DNA from: Bugula neritina
Taxonomy: Eukaryota; Animalia; Bryozoa
Direction: 5' to 3'
Assembly: GCA_964035545.1 (NCBI GenBank)
Contig: OZ037765.1
Span: 34,285,504 to 34,349,503 of the forward strand
DNA length: 64,000 nt
Shown: piece by piece, positions 12,001 through 22,781 of the stretch
Numbering within the stretch: position 1 is the first letter of the stretch
Layout of the letters: every line of letters starts with the position of its first letter
The notes under the pieces: generated by a model
Seen by the model: the letters and a program-made list of their open reading frames with translations, nothing else
Databases searched by the model: none
What the model was told of the DNA's origin: nothing
Position numbers and translations under genes: made by a program

Positions 12001-15000
12001 AAACTAAATGCATAAACATTTTACTCACTAACATAGAGCCAAATTTTAACTGTATGTTTTTTGGCATAATACACCCCAATATAGGGGGCAGGTTGAACTG
12101 CCCGTGGGAAAGTTGAATCAATGCGTTTATCCTATAATATAATTTGTTTTATCTATTTTGTAAGTTAAAAAATGACTTATTAAAAAGTAACAATAAGAAT
12201 CATTAAAAAAATTAGAACAAATAACAGAATTTCTGAATGTGATCTATCATTGTAACCATTCAACATCTCAAAGTAGATACTTTAAAACCCAAGCAGCAGC
12301 AGCAGCAAACTGGCAGGAAGCTCTTTTTGCAATTCATCCTTGAACAATGTATGCAGATATGAGATGGGGTCCTCTCATATGACATCAGAAAATACACAGC
12401 GCAGCATGGTTGAGTCTAACCAACTTATTTTGTTGGCTGTTTGAAGGCTCTCAACCTAATGAATTACACTATCCTGCCTTGCTTTACCGTTATAGGTCAT
12501 TGCCCAGCTTTGAAACTATGTTGAAAATATATTCTTGAACTTGACTGATCTATTAAAACTTGAGAAGCTATGCAAGTTTTTATGAAAATGGCAAATTTTT
12601 AATTTGATCATTTTTATGCAAACAGTGTGAAAAATCCTCTCTCACCTGAAAACTTCATTTCATACATTTCCATATGTTTGATAATGTTGTGAATTTATGC
12701 CGTTAAATCTCAATGTGTTATTGAGATTAGAGCATAAGCTGGTATATTGCGAGTGTAATATTCTATTTATCTGAAGCAAGATTTCATACCTGTATTTAAT
12801 ATGTTACAGCATATCTTCACTGAAGAATCTTGAGGTATTGAATATATTAGATAACTACCTATCTGAAGGTCTGCCTGACAATATATTCACATCCTTACTG
12901 TCATTGAGAATGTTGAGCATGGAGAACTGTACACTACCAACTCTACCAAACAGGTGTGTATTATATTATACATTATGAAGTTATCTGCACTATCTTTATT
13001 GAGTCAACTAGACTCTGTGTATATTATACGTCACAAGTCAATTATTGTATTCTATTCTATTAGATATGTACTCAGATAGAAATGGTATAACAACTTCTCA
13101 CTTATTACTCTAATAAATGTGGACAACTCAATAGATCCCATTCAGAGGTCCTCAAGATCTCCCTTACATTTAAGAGTTGTGTCCTCCCAAAAAGAAAATA
13201 GATTGAACAAAATAATCTTGAATTCCTTTTTGTGACTTTGGTTGCTGAGCAATGCTGAAGTGCCACTTCAGCATTGCTCAGTAAAGAAAATCACAAAAAG
13301 GAATTCAAGTTTATTTTTTTCAAAATTCTCTTGAAGAAATATCTTTAAAAAAAATTTTCAACTGCTAATATGTGTGCATATACCAAAATATCCATCTCCT
13401 AAAAAAACAATTCTATAACATAATTATAATTTTAAGTAGCAGCCAAATGTTAAATTTTGAATGGGTTTGCTCTTTAAACAAAAGTTCAACTTACTTACTT
13501 TGAGAAGACGTAACTCTTAAGTGTAAAAGAGATATCCGGGCACCTGAAAAGGGTCTATTATTTCAAATGAAATAAGTTATATTAAATTGAGTTATAAATA
13601 TGTTATAATATTATGCAATGCTCATATATTGTTAAGTATAGAATGTACAGTAATAGTAATAATATGTAGTATAGTTAAATTAACTTTGATTATTTTCTAC
13701 CTGTATATTTTTATGTTACAGCATATCTTCACTGAAGAATCTTGAGGTATTGAATATATCACAGAATAACCTATCTGAAGGTCTACCTGACAATATATTC
13801 ACATCCTTACTATCATTGAGAAAGTTGGGCATAAATAGTTGTAAACTGTCAACTCTACCAAACAGGTGTGTATCATTTAATTACATGTATAATAATAATA
13901 TAGAGTAGGAGAGACTCTACTAACCATACAATATTAATTCATGACTTGACTGTTAAAATATTATTATTGAAGTGGTTTGTGCAGTACATGTGTACTTGAT
14001 ATTCAGGTAAATGACAACTCTCAATACTCTGTTAGTAAAAGTAGATTTGATGTCATGTTTTTATGAGTTACATGCTGTGGTTATATTCTTACTAAAATAT
14101 TGTACAACATTTCATACCTGTATATTATGTTACAGCATATCTTCACTGAAGAATCTTGAGGTATTGTATATGTCAGAGAATAACCTATCTGAAGGTCTAC
14201 CTGACAATATATTCACATCCTTACTATCATTGAGAGAGTTGAACATGAAGAACTGTGAACTGTCAACTCTACCAAACAGGTGTGTATTATATTACATTAT
14301 GAAGTTATCTGCACTGTCTACATCAGGCGCACCAAACGCTGTGTGTACAAGATTTCTTAAGACAATTACTATATTGTATCAGATGTACACAAATAGAAAT
14401 CATGGTATGACAATTTCTCATTCATTACTCTGATATATGTTGTCAACTAAATTATTCCGCAGTGAAATATGTTATATTGAGACTAGGTATGAATATGTTG
14501 CAATGTAAAACTATACTAGAACATAAATGAGCTATTGAGTAAAATGTGGAGTATTAATACGTATTATAGTTAAATTGACTTTGATGATTTTCTACCTGTA
14601 TTTTATAGCAGCATATCTCCACTGAAGAATCTTGAGGTATTGAATATATCAGAGAATAACCTATCTGAAGGTCTACCTGACAATATATTCACATCCTTAC
14701 TATCATTGAGAAAGTTGAACATGAGGAACTGTAAACTGTCAACTCTACCAAACAGGTGTGTATTATATTATACATTATGAAGTTATCTGCACTATCTACA
14801 TCAGGCGCACCAAACGCTGTGTGTACGAGATTTCTTAAGACAATTACTATAATATTGAGTCAGATGTACACATATAGAAATGGTATGACAATTTCTCATT
14901 CATTACTCTGATATATGTTGACAACTAAATTATTCCGCAGTGAAATATGTTATATTGAGACTAGGTATGAATATGTTGCAATGTCAAACTATACTAGAAC

Positions 15001-18000
15001 ATAAATGAGCTATTGAGTAAAATGTGGAGTATTAATACGTATTATAGCTAAATTGACTTTGATGATTTTCTACCTGTATTTTATAGCAGCATATCTCCAC
15101 TGAAGAATCTTGAGGTATTGGATATATCAGAGAATAACCTATCTGAAGGTCTACTTGACAATATATTCACATCCTTAATATCATTGAGAGAGTTGAACAT
15201 GAGGAACTGTAAACTGTCAACTCTACCAAACAGGTGTGTATTATATTATACATTATGAAGTTATCTGCACTATCTACATCAGGCGCACCAAACGCTGTGT
15301 GTACGAGATTTCTTAAGACAATTACTATAATATTGAATCAGATGTACACATATAGAAATGGTATGACAATTTCTCATTCATTACTCTGATATATGTTGAC
15401 AACTAAATTATTCCGCAGTGAAATATGTTATATTGAGACTAGGTATGAATATGTTGCAATGTAAAACTATACTAGAACATAAATGAGCTATTGAGTAAAA
15501 TGTGGAGTATTAATACGTATTATAGCTAAATTGACTTTGATGATTTTCTACCTGTATTTTATAGCAGCATATCTTCACTGAAGAATCTTGAGGTATTGGA
15601 TATATCACAGAATAAGCTATCTGAAGGTCTACCTGACAATATATTCACATCCTTATTATCATTGAGAGAGTTGAAAATGGGTAGCTGTAAACTGTCAACT
15701 CTACCAAACAGGTGTGTATTACATAATAGTGTAGAAAGATAATTATTGTAATAAATATAAGTTAAAAATATATTTTTACATGTGTTCATAAAACTCTAAC
15801 AGATTTGCTACACTGAGATATATTATAATATTATACTGAGATACATTATAATGTTATACTGAGATATATTATAATACTATATATACTGAGATCTATTATC
15901 ATGCTATACTGAAATATATTATAATATTATACTGAGATATATTGTAATATTATAGGGGGTAACAGGGGCACAACGGTCATAGGGGTAGAAAAAGCCGGCG
16001 TAAATATTTTAGGATGTCGTTGAAGCCTTATAACTTTTTACACTCAAAGGCAAGAAGCCTAAATTTTACTAATATTGTTGCCATTGCTTGTCTCTACAAT
16101 GCTTAACTAGTATAACAGCAAAAACTGAAATAAATTTTCCTTGAGGCACATTTATTTTCAATTTGGCCACATGGGGCACAATGGGCCACCTGATTATTGC
16201 ACCCTGATCACTGTTATTAGTTTGTTTGCCCAAAAAGTTGGTTGAACTGTTACTAAAATCTATAAATATAGCCATTTCTGACCTTTTTGTAAAATATCAA
16301 AGACATCATGGTAAGACTACAAAACTACAAGTTGAAGCTCCCCTAATACATACATCTGGTGAGGTTGAAGCTTTGCCATTTTATACATAATACAAAACAC
16401 TCCGCTGTTGCTACTTGCTACTAGTAGATAGTCATGATAATCATTATATATTACACCATTGAGGGAATATACATGCATTTGACTGAAATAAATTGTGATT
16501 TGCTCATTCGCTCTCCCCTTTCCGTTCCGTACTCCAGTCACAAACCTCAGCCATGCATGCACCTTAGCTACAGTTCATTGAAAAAAGTTCACTCAGAATT
16601 TTTGTAGTACATTTTAGTAAAGTTTTTTTTAATAAACGTTGCTCTGAAGTGAAAATAACAAAACATTTTTAGTTTTTAACAGTAATGATAATGGCACTGC
16701 AGAACCGAGTGACGTGCGTTTGATTTTGCCTTCCTCTGCTATCCGTAGTGGCACAAACCGTACAGCTAAAACATGAATTTTGCTGTAGATCTGAAAGAGT
16801 ATCTTTATTTATTTGTATTATTAAATAAATAAAGATCAGATACAACAAAATACGCAAAATTTCAATATATTTGTTGTGTCCCATTGTACCCCGGTACTGG
16901 GGCACAATGGGCCAATTTTTTCGTCATGAAAATTTCATTATTCTGAAAGTTGTGAAAGAGATAGAAACAGGAAACTGGTACCTGTAATAGATAACAGATG
17001 TAGCATTAAGACTAGAGATTATTGAACTAGTAACTTGAAAAACAGACAAATGAGAGCAACAAATGCAAAATTCGGCCGGTTGTGCCTCCCCCCCCCCCCC
17101 CCCCCCGTTACCCCTACTGAGATATAATATAATGTTATACTGAGATATAATATAACGTTATACTGAGGTATATTATAACGTTATACTGAGATATATTATA
17201 ATGTTATACTGACATATATTATAATGTTAGACTGAGATATAATATAATATTATACTGAGACATATTATGATATTATACTGAGATATACTATCATGTTATA
17301 CTAAGATTTATTATAATGTTATACTGAGATATATTATAATGTTATACTAGCTGAGATATATTATAATGTTATACTAAGATATATTATAATATTGATTATT
17401 GTTGTAATTTGCACAATTACTATGCTTGGGTTTTGCTTGCGAGTTCAGTATGCTTTTCTAACTAGTAATTACTAGGGTAGTAGCCGTATAATAATTTTTA
17501 TTATCCACAATAAACACAGTATAAAACATCACATCAATTTACTACAATACAATAGCCATCTAATACTACGTGTACACACTTCGAGTCCTCGCTCACAACA
17601 ACGTGATAATTGTTAACTACCTGAGAACTGTCACTGGGCCGGAAAATCATCTTCCGGTTCTTCTTATTGGATAATACATTGGGGCCTTTAGTATTCCCGA
17701 GGAGATAAGATGGAGGAGAGGAGATAATTCTACATTATGATACTGCGTGACCCACTACAATATTATACTGAGATATATTATAATGTTATACTGAGATATA
17801 TTATAAGATTATACTGAGATATATTATAATGTTATACTGAGGTATACTATAAGATTATACTAAGATATATTATAATGTTATACTGAGATATAATATAATG
17901 TTTTACTGAGATATATTATAATATTATACTGCGATATATTGTAATAGTATAGTGAGATATATTATAAGGGTAATCAATAAACAGTTACTGTGTGATGCAT

Positions 18001-21000
18001 TGTATAATTAACCTGCCTTATTCCATCAAATACCAGGGAGTGTAACTCCAAGCATCTATGAAATATAATTACTAAACAATAGAAATTGCAGAGAATCTTA
18101 TATATTTACTACAGTGGTATTATATTACAAAGTATATTATGGAATTTTATTATTTATATGTTTATACAAAAGCCTTTTCAAAACAACAATTGTATTTTTG
18201 TCAGCGTACAGATTCTACAGAAGTTAGAGGAACTGGACATATCGTCAAGTAACTTCACCAATTTACCATCTCCTGTGTACACACTGAGTAGTCTGCAAGA
18301 ACTGAATATATCTTCCAATTACTCTTTGACATCCTTAGGATCTGAGATATTACAGCTAACTCAACTTCGTACACTGTATGTTAGAAATTGTGATGCTCTC
18401 ACCTCTCCTCCACTGGAAGTATGTCAGAGAGGAGTAGATGCTGTGAAACAATACTACACAGACTTGGCTAAAGGAGCTGGTAGACGTCTTCCATTCGCTA
18501 CTATAGCTGTGCTGGGTAATACGATGGCTGGGAAGACCAGTCTAATTAGAACATTACAGAATGCTGACAGAAAGAGAGTTCTGACCGACAGAGGACCAGA
18601 TGCTGTGAGAGATGAGGCAACAAAGGTGTTCAATGTTGAAGAGTTGGAGGTGGATGGTACAGTACTCCGTCTCATTGATATGGGAGGCCAGGAGGTCTAC
18701 CATATCACTTATCAACTAACACTGAGACAAAATTGCATTCCAGTCATAGTAGTCAACATGGAACAGTACGAAGAGGTTTCAAATGAATCAACACACAGAG
18801 AAGCTGTTAAAAGATTAGCCTTTAATTACATGTCTCACCTCTACCTGGCTAACCCAACCCTGGGTGCTCCAAAACTTATCTTCACACATAAAGATAAGTT
18901 TCAAAATGTGGAATTCCAAGAGCTTCGAACGAACTTTCTAGACACTTCCAATCAGCTGTGTGAGGAGATGATTAAAGAAGAGAAAGCATTGGGTGGAGAA
19001 TTTGCTCAAATCAAACATTTTAGTGAATCAACTAAAGGAGTCTTTCTTGGTGAAGACATTTATGAGGTGGGGAAAGATGATAAGTATGAAGTGTTTGACC
19101 TGATCAGGGAGTCTTTTCTTCAAAGCAGTCACAATTTTGTGAAACCATTACCTTTGGTCTGGGAGGAAGTAAATGAAAAAGTGCTGTCTATTCCCTCTGT
19201 GTACAGCACCTTTGATGAGATACTGAAATACGTGCAAACCGAACTTCAACAAATCGAATCGAGTCAGCTGGACATAATCCTCACATACATGCATGACTGC
19301 GGCAAAGTCTTGTGGTATAAAGATATCAGCTCTCTCCGGCCATACATATTCCACAAGATTCCACAAGTCACCAAACTTCTCTGCGTCTTGTATCATCATG
19401 ATCCTGACATATGGCAGAGTAGAGTTGACAAGTTCCAGCCATATTTTTCAGAGGATGGGATGCCTGTTGAAAAAGAAGACTTCAAAAGATTTGTTAATCA
19501 TTTCACTAAGACTGGTTTAATGATGCAATGCCTTCTCACTCATCTGGTTAAACAAGAAACGCCATTTACTGGTCTGGAAGATGTAAAAGTTGCTGTTTGC
19601 TTGCTCCTCACATTCCGTTTGTTATATGGTCCTTTACCTGCTGATTTCAAAGAGCCCTGTTTTATTGTTCCTCAGTTTGCTAATGACCTCTTTGATACCT
19701 CTTACTCTTCGCCAAAGAATATGCTTCTTCGAGTTGAAACCCAATTCAAGGGCTTAGCGCTACCACAATATGTCTACCAGCAGATGAATGTTGGTTTGCT
19801 AGAGTTGTTTTCCGATGAATTTGCTGTGATTAAAGTGAAGAAAAATGGCGCCAATGTCTATCAAGATGGTATCTACACACAGCTGGTACACGACTACAAA
19901 TCTAGAAAAGTGTCACTCCACGTGTCATCTAATGCTGCCAACATCAGCAGAATGTGGGAGAGACTCATCACCACCAACAACAACATCCTTAGACATGTTC
20001 TAGAAACTTGGAAAGCGAGTAGACCAGTCACTACATGCTACTGTGCTCACTGTCTTCTGCTAGGACTTCCTTGTCCTAATAAAGTGCTGAATCCTCTGTG
20101 GTGTCTTCGCTCCTTGAAACATTCCACACCAACAAGTCCCAGACTGTGCAGCGGATCTTCAACAACCCTGTGTGGTGATGAGGAGATACCCAGTGCTCTT
20201 CTGTATCCATGTACGTGTAATTTTATTTCAAAAATAGTTGATTTCTCTGTGGTTTATTTATCAACTTCTATTATTGGAATAATTTTTGTGGTAACTGACA
20301 GTTTTTCATTCTCCAGGCAGTCCTCTCTATCCAGAAGAAGCTGATAACATAAAAGAATGTGTCAACAAACTGAGATCTGCAAGAGAAGAAACTGCTTCAA
20401 CTGTCCCTGGTAGGATCAGTTGTCTATCATAAACTGTTACTGTTAGAAGTAACATCCTTTGCCTGAGCTCAGTCATATGTAAACAGCAAAGGACAAGAAC
20501 TCATGACCCTCAGTTATATAGGCTCTCTGCAAAAGCTCACACACCTTCAATTGTTTTAATTTATTTGTATAATTATTGACTGAAAAACACTCAAGTACTG
20601 ATTCGATTCATTGTTTATAGTCCTTTTGATACTTAGTATCTGTTACTTAGCACTGAATATATCTCTTTTTCGTTTTATTTTAGAGATGGGTAGAGAAAAG
20701 AATTGGTTAACTCAAACTACCTCAGTCCTTGTTGAAAACGACAACATCAGTGAATGCTCTGATGTTGAAGAGGAAGGATATGCTGACTTCACTAAAGATG
20801 ACCTTGAACCTTTCATATCTCTAGTTGAGGGTATGCAGCTGAAACCTACCAACAATGAACCAGTAAAACAGCTGTTTGACAACGACCGACAGGTAAAACA
20901 AGTTTTTTGATTTCTTTTTAGATCATTGATTAATATTTTTTTGATATTATGGCTCTTCATCTAATTTCTATTACATTTCATACTTGATTTGATTAATCCA

Positions 21001-22781
21001 TTTTCTGTTGTCTACTTTTAGTAATATAAAATTGATTGGTTTGCAGGTTTATGCGATGAGTGACCCTGTTAGAGGTCGTGTCATGATCATAAACAATGAG
21101 AGATTCTTTAGAGATGATGGCAGTGAACTGACTGAGGCAACCCGAGATGGTTCATACATCGACTATGTTAACATCAAAACTCTGTTGAAAGACATGGGAT
21201 TTGTTGTAGCCAATGAAGATGATCCTCTGTTTGACCTGAGTAAACAGGTTACTGTATCAATTTCTTATCTTTTCCTGTAGTTTATTCTCCCCAGGCTGTA
21301 GCTAGCTGTGATATAGCCTATAGCAAGTATTTTTACTGCAGAACCGAGGCATTGTATTCCAACAAATCTACAATAATATATTGTTAAATTGTATTCAAAT
21401 TATTAGTTTTTCTCAGTTCTGAGTTTTAGTTTAGAAACAGCAGCACTACTTAATAGTTCATCTTTGTTATAAATGTTTTAGTGTAATTTTGAAGCAGCTT
21501 TTGCTCGTGCGTAGAAACATTTACTTATCCAAACTTGATTTTACACACCATTATATACTTTTATTTTGCCAGGAGATATTATCAGAAGTGAGGAAGGAGA
21601 CCACCGACAAAGACCACAAAGATCTTGGCATGTTCATTCTAGTCATCATGTCACACGGAACTTCTGGAAACATCTTCTATGACAAATACTGTAAACCTGT
21701 CAACTTGTCAGAAGTCAAAGATTTACTCTCAGCTAGTAACTTTCTTGCCATGAGAGGAAAACCCAAACTCATCATCTTCCATGCTTGTTCTGGCAGTGAG
21801 TAATGCAGAGTTGTTCGTCATGTTACTAGAACTAGCAGTTAGATTGCATAGTTTCCTATAACTATAACATTAATTAATTTAAGGAATCATTATTTTCAAG
21901 ATGCCTTATGTTATTGGAGTATGCCTATGTGGAAGTGAGCTACACCTCATAACTGGAATCCAATAAACAGTGCTGTGTAATAGAGTTCTGCTTGTGAATC
22001 CAGTCCTAACTTATTACTTACCAACAAATCACAGAGTCTACATTATATGTATTTCATATACAGGCAGAGCTGACTTTGGTAATGCTGCACAGTCGCAAAG
22101 CCCAGACACCGTCTCACCACCAACGCCAACCCCTCTACCCTCATCTTCTGCAACAGCTGGGAGTGAGTCTTCTGCAGGTCAAAATGTGTCTCCAAATATT
22201 CACTTTGATAAATTCACTCACCTAGATGCTGATGACTTCTACATTGTGAAGCCAAGTACAGAAAGTTAGTGAGAAGAAAATTATATTTGAGTTGACTAAA
22301 ACTTTTATTGGTGCAAATTAAAATATTTGTTGCATGTAAATAAAACTATAGTAAGAATTAAATAGAAAGTATTTCACATATCAATTTGGCCTTCATATTT
22401 AACTGCTCATTTTCATGTGTTGCAGCTTACAAGGCTGGTAGGAATGAGAATTATGGTACCTGGTTTATCAGAATACTGGTGGCTACATTCTACAGACACA
22501 GCTGTCACAGAGATGTTAGTGAGCTGTTTAGGATAGTAAGTACTTCAGTATTACTCTTTGTATGATACTGTGGAGTGTGTTGAGTCATCAGCTTTATATT
22601 TCTCTTATATTTATACTTACAGATACAAGACAGAGTTAGACGAGTCAGTATTGCATATTGTAAGAAGACAGGAGATGAAGCAGCTGGTGGTAATGTACCT
22701 AATTGTCAGGAATGTACTTTCACTCACCTCAGAAAACTTTTCTTCTTCCCAGAGTTCCATGGCAGACAACTCCCACAGTGA
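9028..22781 (+). CDS. LRR-Roc-COR-caspase fusion gene, copy 1 (19 coding exons, ~1588 aa)
   Basis: Hand-spliced exons: 9028-9064, 9948-10179, nine 144-nt LRR exons (starts 10448, 11371, 11784, 12810, 13722, 14136, 14612, 15090, 15568), 18205-20210, 20317-20409, 20684-20892, 21047-21247, 21573-21795, 22064-22264, 22426-22535, 22623-22781 (TGA). All introns GT-AG with compatible phases; total 4767 nt. Motifs: MGQRKS, LRRs, GNTMAGKTS/DMGGQ/THKD, SHG...HACSG, GTWFI. Confidence 0.85.
9948..10179 (+). CDS. Copy 1 exon 2 (N-terminal cap / degenerate LRR)
   Basis: cttgtag| ... ACC AG|gtatt; lies in ORF 9959-10201; contains LFPHLTHLKV. Confidence 0.75.
10448..10591 (+). CDS. Copy 1 LRR cassette exon 1
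   Basis: 144 nt, phase 2-2; ISSLKNLEVLDMSFSDLSKGLPNNICRSLPSLRELYMEVCQLPTLPK. Confidence 0.85.
10840..11241. mobile_element. MITE in LRR intron 1-2
   Basis: 14-bp TIR AGACCCTTTTCCAA / TTGGAAAAGGGTCT. Confidence 0.65.
11371..11514 (+). CDS. Copy 1 LRR cassette exon 2
   Basis: 144 nt; ISSLKNLEVLDISHNYLFEGLPDNIFTSLLSLRKLYMMDCNLSTLPN. Confidence 0.87.
11784..11927 (+). CDS. Copy 1 LRR cassette exon 3
   Basis: 144 nt; ISSLKNLEVLNISYNNLSEGLPDNVFTSLLSLRELNMVRCELPTLPN. Confidence 0.87.
12810..12953 (+). CDS. Copy 1 LRR cassette exon 4
   Basis: 144 nt; ISSLKNLEVLNILDNYLSEGLPDNIFTSLLSLRMLSMENCTLPTLPN (not in the ORF track). Confidence 0.87.
13130..13559. mobile_element. Related MITE, opposite orientation, in LRR intron 4-5
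   Basis: Ends AATAGATCCCATTCAG / CTGAAAAGGGTCTATT; body is reverse-complementary to 10900-11145; internal hairpin. Confidence 0.6.
13722..13865 (+). CDS. Copy 1 LRR cassette exon 5
   Basis: 144 nt; ISSLKNLEVLNISQNNLSEGLPDNIFTSLLSLRKLGINSCKLSTLPN. Confidence 0.87.
14136..14279 (+). CDS. Copy 1 LRR cassette exon 6
   Basis: 144 nt; ISSLKNLEVLYMSENNLSEGLPDNIFTSLLSLRELNMKNCELSTLPN. Confidence 0.87.
14612..14755 (+). CDS. Copy 1 LRR cassette exon 7
   Basis: 144 nt, TAGCAG acceptor; ISPLKNLEVLNISENNLSEGLPDNIFTSLLSLRKLNMRNCKLSTLPN. Confidence 0.87.
15090..15233 (+). CDS. Copy 1 LRR cassette exon 8
   Basis: 144 nt, TAGCAG acceptor; ISPLKNLEVLDISENNLSEGLLDNIFTSLISLRELNMRNCKLSTLPN. Confidence 0.87.
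15568..15711 (+). CDS. Copy 1 LRR cassette exon 9
   Basis: 144 nt, TAGCAG acceptor; ISSLKNLEVLDISQNKLSEGLPDNIFTSLLSLRELKMGSCKLSTLPN. Confidence 0.87.
15812..17967. repeat. 23-bp minisatellite (ACTGAGATATATTATAATGTTAT)n interrupted by insertions; also 37817-38173 and 40245-40420
   Basis: Seen directly, in the intron before the Roc-COR exon. Confidence 0.88.
15955..17114. mobile_element. Non-autonomous Tc1/pogo-like DNA element
   Basis: TA-GGGG(G)TAAC...GGCACAAC / GTTGTGCC...GTTACCCC-TA ends; internal GGGGCACAATGGGCCA motifs; an inverted end fragment recurs at ~35010-35148. Confidence 0.7.
18205..20210 (+). CDS. Copy 1 large exon: 3 LRRs + LRR-Roc linker + Roc GTPase + COR + Cys-rich segment
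   Basis: Inside ORF 18086-20344. PPLEVCQRGVDAVKQYY linker, P-loop GNTMAGKTS (18515-18541), DMGGQEVYHITYQ (G3), THKD (G4), COR-like PLVWEEV and YMHDCGKVLWY, then CYCAHC. Confidence 0.92.
21047..21795 (+). CDS. Copy 1 caspase large subunit (p20) exons 21047-21247 and 21573-21795
   Basis: VYAMSDPVRGRVMIINNERF...TRDGSYID...GF; FILVIMSHG (His 21654-21656); GKPKLIIFHACSG (Cys 21786-21788). Confidence 0.92.
22064..22781 (+). CDS. Copy 1 caspase intersubunit linker and small subunit (p10) exons 22064-22264, 22426-22535, 22623-22781
   Basis: Ser/Pro-rich linker with QSPD-T; DFYIVKPSTETYKAGRNENYGTWFIRIL; ends TFTHLRKLFFFP, a typical caspase C-terminus. Confidence 0.88.

Noticed and set aside
10448-15711. 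Recombination signal sequences for somatic cassette assembly
   Set aside because: No RSS-like motifs or recombinase seen; the cassettes have normal splice sites, so somatic rearrangement is unsupported by sequence alone.
17392-17765. Unique insert in the minisatellite as a MITE or exon
   Set aside because: No convincing TIR, TSD or spliceable ORF found; left unclassified.
18086-18204. Hydrophobic N-terminus of ORF 18086 and hydrophobic C-terminal tails (20211-20344, 42645-42781) as signal or TM segments
   Set aside because: They lie outside the splice sites conserved in both paralogs, so they are intronic read-through.
18454-19520. Antisense and alternate-frame ORFs inside the Roc-COR exon (also 40891-42669)
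   Set aside because: Short shadow ORFs of the real coding exon.
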